Part shown: in pieces, positions 59,725 to 64,000 of the stretch
How the letters are laid out: each line of letters starts with the position of its first letter
How positions within the stretch are numbered: position 1 is the first letter of the stretch
Source: Dipteris shenzhenensis
Taxonomy: Eukaryota
DNA length: 64,000 bases
Direction: 5' to 3' (one strand)
Assembly (NCBI GenBank): GCA_047967505.1
Contig: CM106538.1
The notes under the pieces: generated by a model
Told to the model about the DNA's origin: nothing
What the model saw: the letters and a program-made list of their open reading frames with translations, nothing else
The model's database searches: none
Translations under genes and position numbers: made by a program

Positions 59725-60760
59725 GTGATTACACATCCTCTTGCTCTCGCGGATGATCCGAAGCAAGCCATCCGTGCCACAACACATCATTCGGGCCGAG
59801 TTTGGCGCATCCCCACTGCAGCTAGATGCGGCATTCCAAACCATTACCTATCTACACTGCATCAGATAGTATGGGTCCAATACAACGAAGCTACGCAGAT
59901 TGCCATGGCTAGCTCTATCTTCATCCATGGGCCTCGTAGATGGGGGGGATGAGAGAGGTTGGTATGCCCAGACACATAGGTGGTTTGAGAGATTGGGGCT
60001 TCACATAGACAAGCTGCCTCCCGTTCAATACAGCTTAGATGCTCCATCTGTCCCATTGGGATACCACCAGGTCAGCCAGGTCATTCGAGAAGATCTACTA
60101 CAGTTACACACATTCAGGACCTGGTTGGAGTCAAGGGAGCTTCCAGTGAAGCTCGGTTTCTACAAAGACCACTGTCTACACATCTCTAAGGAGGGTTTCA
60201 TTGTTCCACCAAAGTACACTCGGATCCACCTGCCACACTCATTGAGGATCTCTATCAGGCAATTTCGAGTTTCATCACACCGACTCCGTATTGAGAGCGA
60301 GCGAGCGAGCTGAGGGGATACCAAGGGAGAGACGCATATGCACGTTATGTGATCGACAGGAGGTGGAGCCAGAGGAGCACTTCACGTTCAAATGCCCCGT
60401 GTACTACAAGATCCGCGGTCGATACCATTGCCTTTTTAGGGATGGTCTTGGGCCATTATCCAAACTTCTCTCATACCCAGACCAGGGATGCCTTGCCGCC
60501 TTCAACCATGAGGCGGACCGCTATAGGGAGCACTTACTCAGGACGTCGAGACAGTCCTCAAACACAACACCCATTCCCTCTCAGAGTAGGATCACAGAGT
60601 TCTTCCAGTCAGACTGCACGCGCCCTACATTCATTGATAGCAGACGCAACAGAGACCTAGAGCCTGAGGCGCGCCGCACTCGACAGCGAACGGACATGCA
60701 AATCACACTGAGCGAACTTCCATCTGTTATAATTATTGATAAATTCTAGGCAGTGACCAA
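59725..60760 (+). mobile_element. RTEX-like LINE 3' fragment, cut by the Copia C LTR
   Basis: MIRSKPSVPQHIIRAEFG, WYAQTHRWFERLG, CTLCD..EVEPEEHFTFKCPVYY, QSRITEFF. Confidence 0.9.
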
Positions 60761-63700
60761 TGTAAATTCAATAAGTGGGTTAGGGGCACTTTTCTCTCAT
60801 TTAGACGTTTTTTCTCCTAACCACAGTTAGTTCACTAACTACGGTTAGTGAAGGATAAGGTTTGTCACTTAGACAAAACCTTATGCCCCTTTGTATTCTT
60901 CTTACTCTATTCTATTGCACATTCGACGTTCCTCTCACTCTCTCAGGCTTCCTGCTCTCCCTCTCTCATTTTCTATCATTTGGTATCAGAGCAGCTTTCC
61001 TTCCTGGACCTACTCCATGCTCCTTGCTCCTTGCTCACAGCTCCCACGCCATTCGTCCGTACAACTTCATCGTCAAGCTAGCAGCAAATCGTCCGTGCAA
61101 CATACGGACTGTCAGTCCGTACTCTTACGCCACACGTGCAAACTACAGTAGCACCAACCATACATCTCTCTGCTCATCATCCGTACAAGTGTGCCAATTT
61201 TGCATGCACACAATCTAACGGTTGCATTAGCCATTGACCTACAGATTTGTACCTGTCAGTTTGCATCAGTCGTACTACTCCGTACAACTGCGCAGTACTG
61301 CTCCGCACACCTGCGATGTATTCTCTACACTTGTAGTCAAAAATTCCGTAAAGCTCCTACACTGCATTCCGTACAGTAGGTCTGCAGCGCCTGCTGTCAG
61401 CCTCGTACATCTATACAAGTGTACGGATTTTGTCCGTATACTTCTATCTGTACAGTCGTACGACTGTTTCTGTCCAGCGCTTGTCAGTCCGTACAGATCA
61501 GTGCATTGTAGGCATTCTTGCAGGTTTTTTCTTTGGCCGGCATCAAGTAGCCATTGTTTGGCTTGTATTCTGGGGGCACAATTTGGGCATTTTATTCTCT
61601 TGCAGACTTTGAAGTTGGTTTGCAGATGTTCAAAAAATTTGGGGCTTTTGCAATTGGATTGCAATTTTGCAATGGAAGAGCAATTTGGGAGCTTTGCAAA
61701 CTTTTTGGACTCAGTTTGAGTCACATTTGAGCATTTGGGAATTTTTTGCAGCTATTTTACTCTGGTGCATTTTGAGCCATTGTTTGGTTGAGGATTCAAG
61801 CAGCTGCATTTTGAGATTGTGGGTGTGCTCATTTGGACACATTGGCAGTAGAATTTAGTTCTTTTGCATATAAATTGCAAATTGGGGCTTTCAGTCAATT
61901 TGCCCCTTTTTGAGTTGCAATTTCTTGCAAAAATGTGAGGCTTTTTACTTTACACTGCAATTTCTTGCATTTTTGGGGCTTCCAGGCAATTCGCCCTCTT
62001 TTGGATGCAATTTCCCTGAAGAAATTAGGGCTTTTAGCATCCTGATGCAATTTGGCAGTGTACAAGCATTTTGGGCCTGTTGTCGACAATTTTGAGAGCA
62101 TTTGCAGGATAATTGAAGTGCATTCTGAGCCTTTGATAGGCTGTGACAGTATTTGTCACTGTGGACAGATTTTTCTTTGCAGATTTTACTTGTGCATTTT
62201 ACATCCCAAGAAGGGATTTTACTTGGTCAGTTTGCTGTATTTTTTGAGATTATCTGGTGAAAATGGCTCAGAACAACCCCAAGGAGGTGTAGTTCTCACA
62301 CGGGAGGAAGTTGGATGGCACTAGCTACTCCTTGTGGAGTTTAATGGTTCGCAATATCTTGGTTGGCAGACATCTTTGGGATTATGTCAGTGGAGATGAA
62401 GCAAGACCAGATACAGCGACTACACTTGTCACTCCTACAACTGGAGGCAGGGGTAGAGGTGCAAATGCAACACAAGTAGTTGGAGCAGCCGCTCCAAGAG
62501 CTCCCATAACAGAGCAGAAAAGATGGGACTCTAGAGATGCACAAGCTCTTTCAGTAATTTCTCTTTCTGTTAAGAGGTTCATTATACCTCATATTCGGTC
62601 ATGCAAGACATCTATGGCAGCTTGGGAGATACTAGAGAGTATGTTTGCAGCAAGAAATGATGCCAGGGTTTCCTTTCTGAAGCGAGAACATTCACATACG
62701 CATATGGAGGAGGGAGATTACATGAATTCTCACCTCACAAAGCTTCAAGACTTGAGGGAACAATTGCTGAATATTGATGGAGTCATTCTAGATGCAGAGA
62801 TAGTCACCACCACTCTAAAAACTCTTCCTGAGTCCTATCTCAGTTTCCACACCTCGTTGAATTTGTCATTGAGGGGAGGCAGCAATCCTCTCTCTTTTCA
62901 CGAGTTGGTAGGACTTCTGTTGCAGGAGGATCAAGACTCGCAAAAATATGGCAACCGGGCTGGCGAGCATGCTATGCTCTCCAAGTTCAAGCCCAAGGGT
63001 AAAGGGCAGCAAAAGCCACAAGCCAATCAGCCCACACATCAGCATAAAGCTGATTCTAGACAGCCTTCTTATAAGGCAAAGGGTGATACAAAAAAACAGA
63101 AAAAGAAGGGCATCTATCATTATTGCAAGAAGCTAGGTCATTATATTGGAGAGTGTAAGAAGCGCATAGCCAAAGAGAAGAAAAGGGATTCCGGTATGGC
63201 TATGTCAGATGCATCAATTCCACATTCTCATGATGGGGTAGATGTTGCAGCCAACTTTGTGGAATAGCACTATGCCTTTCTATCTTGCACTTCAGATTTT
63301 TCAGTGGGTAGTTCAGATGCTACAACAACTAATGATGACCCATATGCTTTCTTGACTTGCAGTTATGATCCTTTAAAGGATGCATGCTCTCTTAGTGTCG
63401 ATGAGACACTTCATACTTGGTATTTTGACAGTGGTGCTTCAAAGAACATCACTTCCAAGAAGAGTCTGTTTGTATCTCTGCATCCTCCACCCACCAAAAA
63501 GAAGGTGACTTGTGCCAATAATTCTTCTTATTCAATGTGCGGAGTGAGAGACATTATTCTCCCATCCACTGATGGCACAGATTTCAGAATTTCACATGTT
63601 CTCTATGTGCCAGGGATAAAGAAGAATTTGCTTTCAGTGTCCTCACTTAATAGAGAAGGATTTCAGGTTGCTTTTTATGATGACAAGTGTGCAGTCAGAG

Positions 63701-64000
63701 ACAAAGAGAATCACTATGCTTTGATGTTGTCTAGCACTTTGTATCGGGGTCTTTTTCGGCTTGATCTATATGAAAAAAGATCCGATCTTGCATTATCAGT
63801 TAGCACTCCCACTGTTGCGATGCAAAATGCGGAGTTATGGCATGCCAAGTATGGGCACATGAGCTATGGCAGCTTAATGACACTTCAAAGGCATGATATG
63901 GTTGATGCATTGTCTCCTTTGGAGTCGCCTCCTCCTCATCCATGTGAAGGTTGCATCCTTGGCAAGATGTATAGACTTCCCTTCAAGAAGGACGGTGCAA
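60761..64000 (+). mobile_element. Ty1/Copia element C, 5' part (runs off the window)
   Basis: LTR TGTAAA...TATCA 60761-60978; PBS 60981-60992; gag from 62263 (CKKLGHYIGEC); protease WYFDSGAS at about 63418; LWHAKYGH...CEGCILGK. Confidence 0.93.

Noticed and set aside
59571-59780. ORF MARMACFGSSAR... as the missing upstream LPP exon
   Set aside because: It is the antisense reading of LINE ORF2 (MIRSKPSVP) plus a microsatellite.

Overview
Eukaryotic plant genomic DNA. The LINE/Copia complement and giant TE-filled introns suggest a fern or other seed-free vascular plant (inference). One intact host gene is present: a minus-strand lipid phosphate phosphatase (PAP2/LPP family) with 7 coding exons from 43682 to 12255. 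The 924-nt CDS encodes 307 aa, all introns are GT-AG and phase-compatible, and two introns are 18.6 kb and 11.0 kb. A further upstream exon is implied but was not found. The rest is nested, degenerate transposable elements: at least three Ty1/Copia families (two TSD-bounded copies and a solo LTR of one family), many copies of RTEX-like EN-RT-zinc-finger LINEs with (TTTC)n/(TC)n tails, L1-like remnants, and a DNA-transposase remnant next to tandem repeats. Four observations stand out. (1) PCNA-interaction (PIP-box) motifs are conserved in the C-terminal tail of ORF2 across diverged LINE families. (2) Very dense GTAC/CCGTAC arrays (the SBP/SPL core site) occur in the leaders of unrelated retroelements and turn over in sequence while keeping the motif. 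(3) A non-coding 1.5-mer of a 560-bp monomer is inserted in a Copia gag with a 7-11 bp TSD and an incomplete hammerhead-like fold. (4) An inverted pair of Copia copies brackets the first coding exon. All family assignments come from motif recognition by eye; no searches were run.
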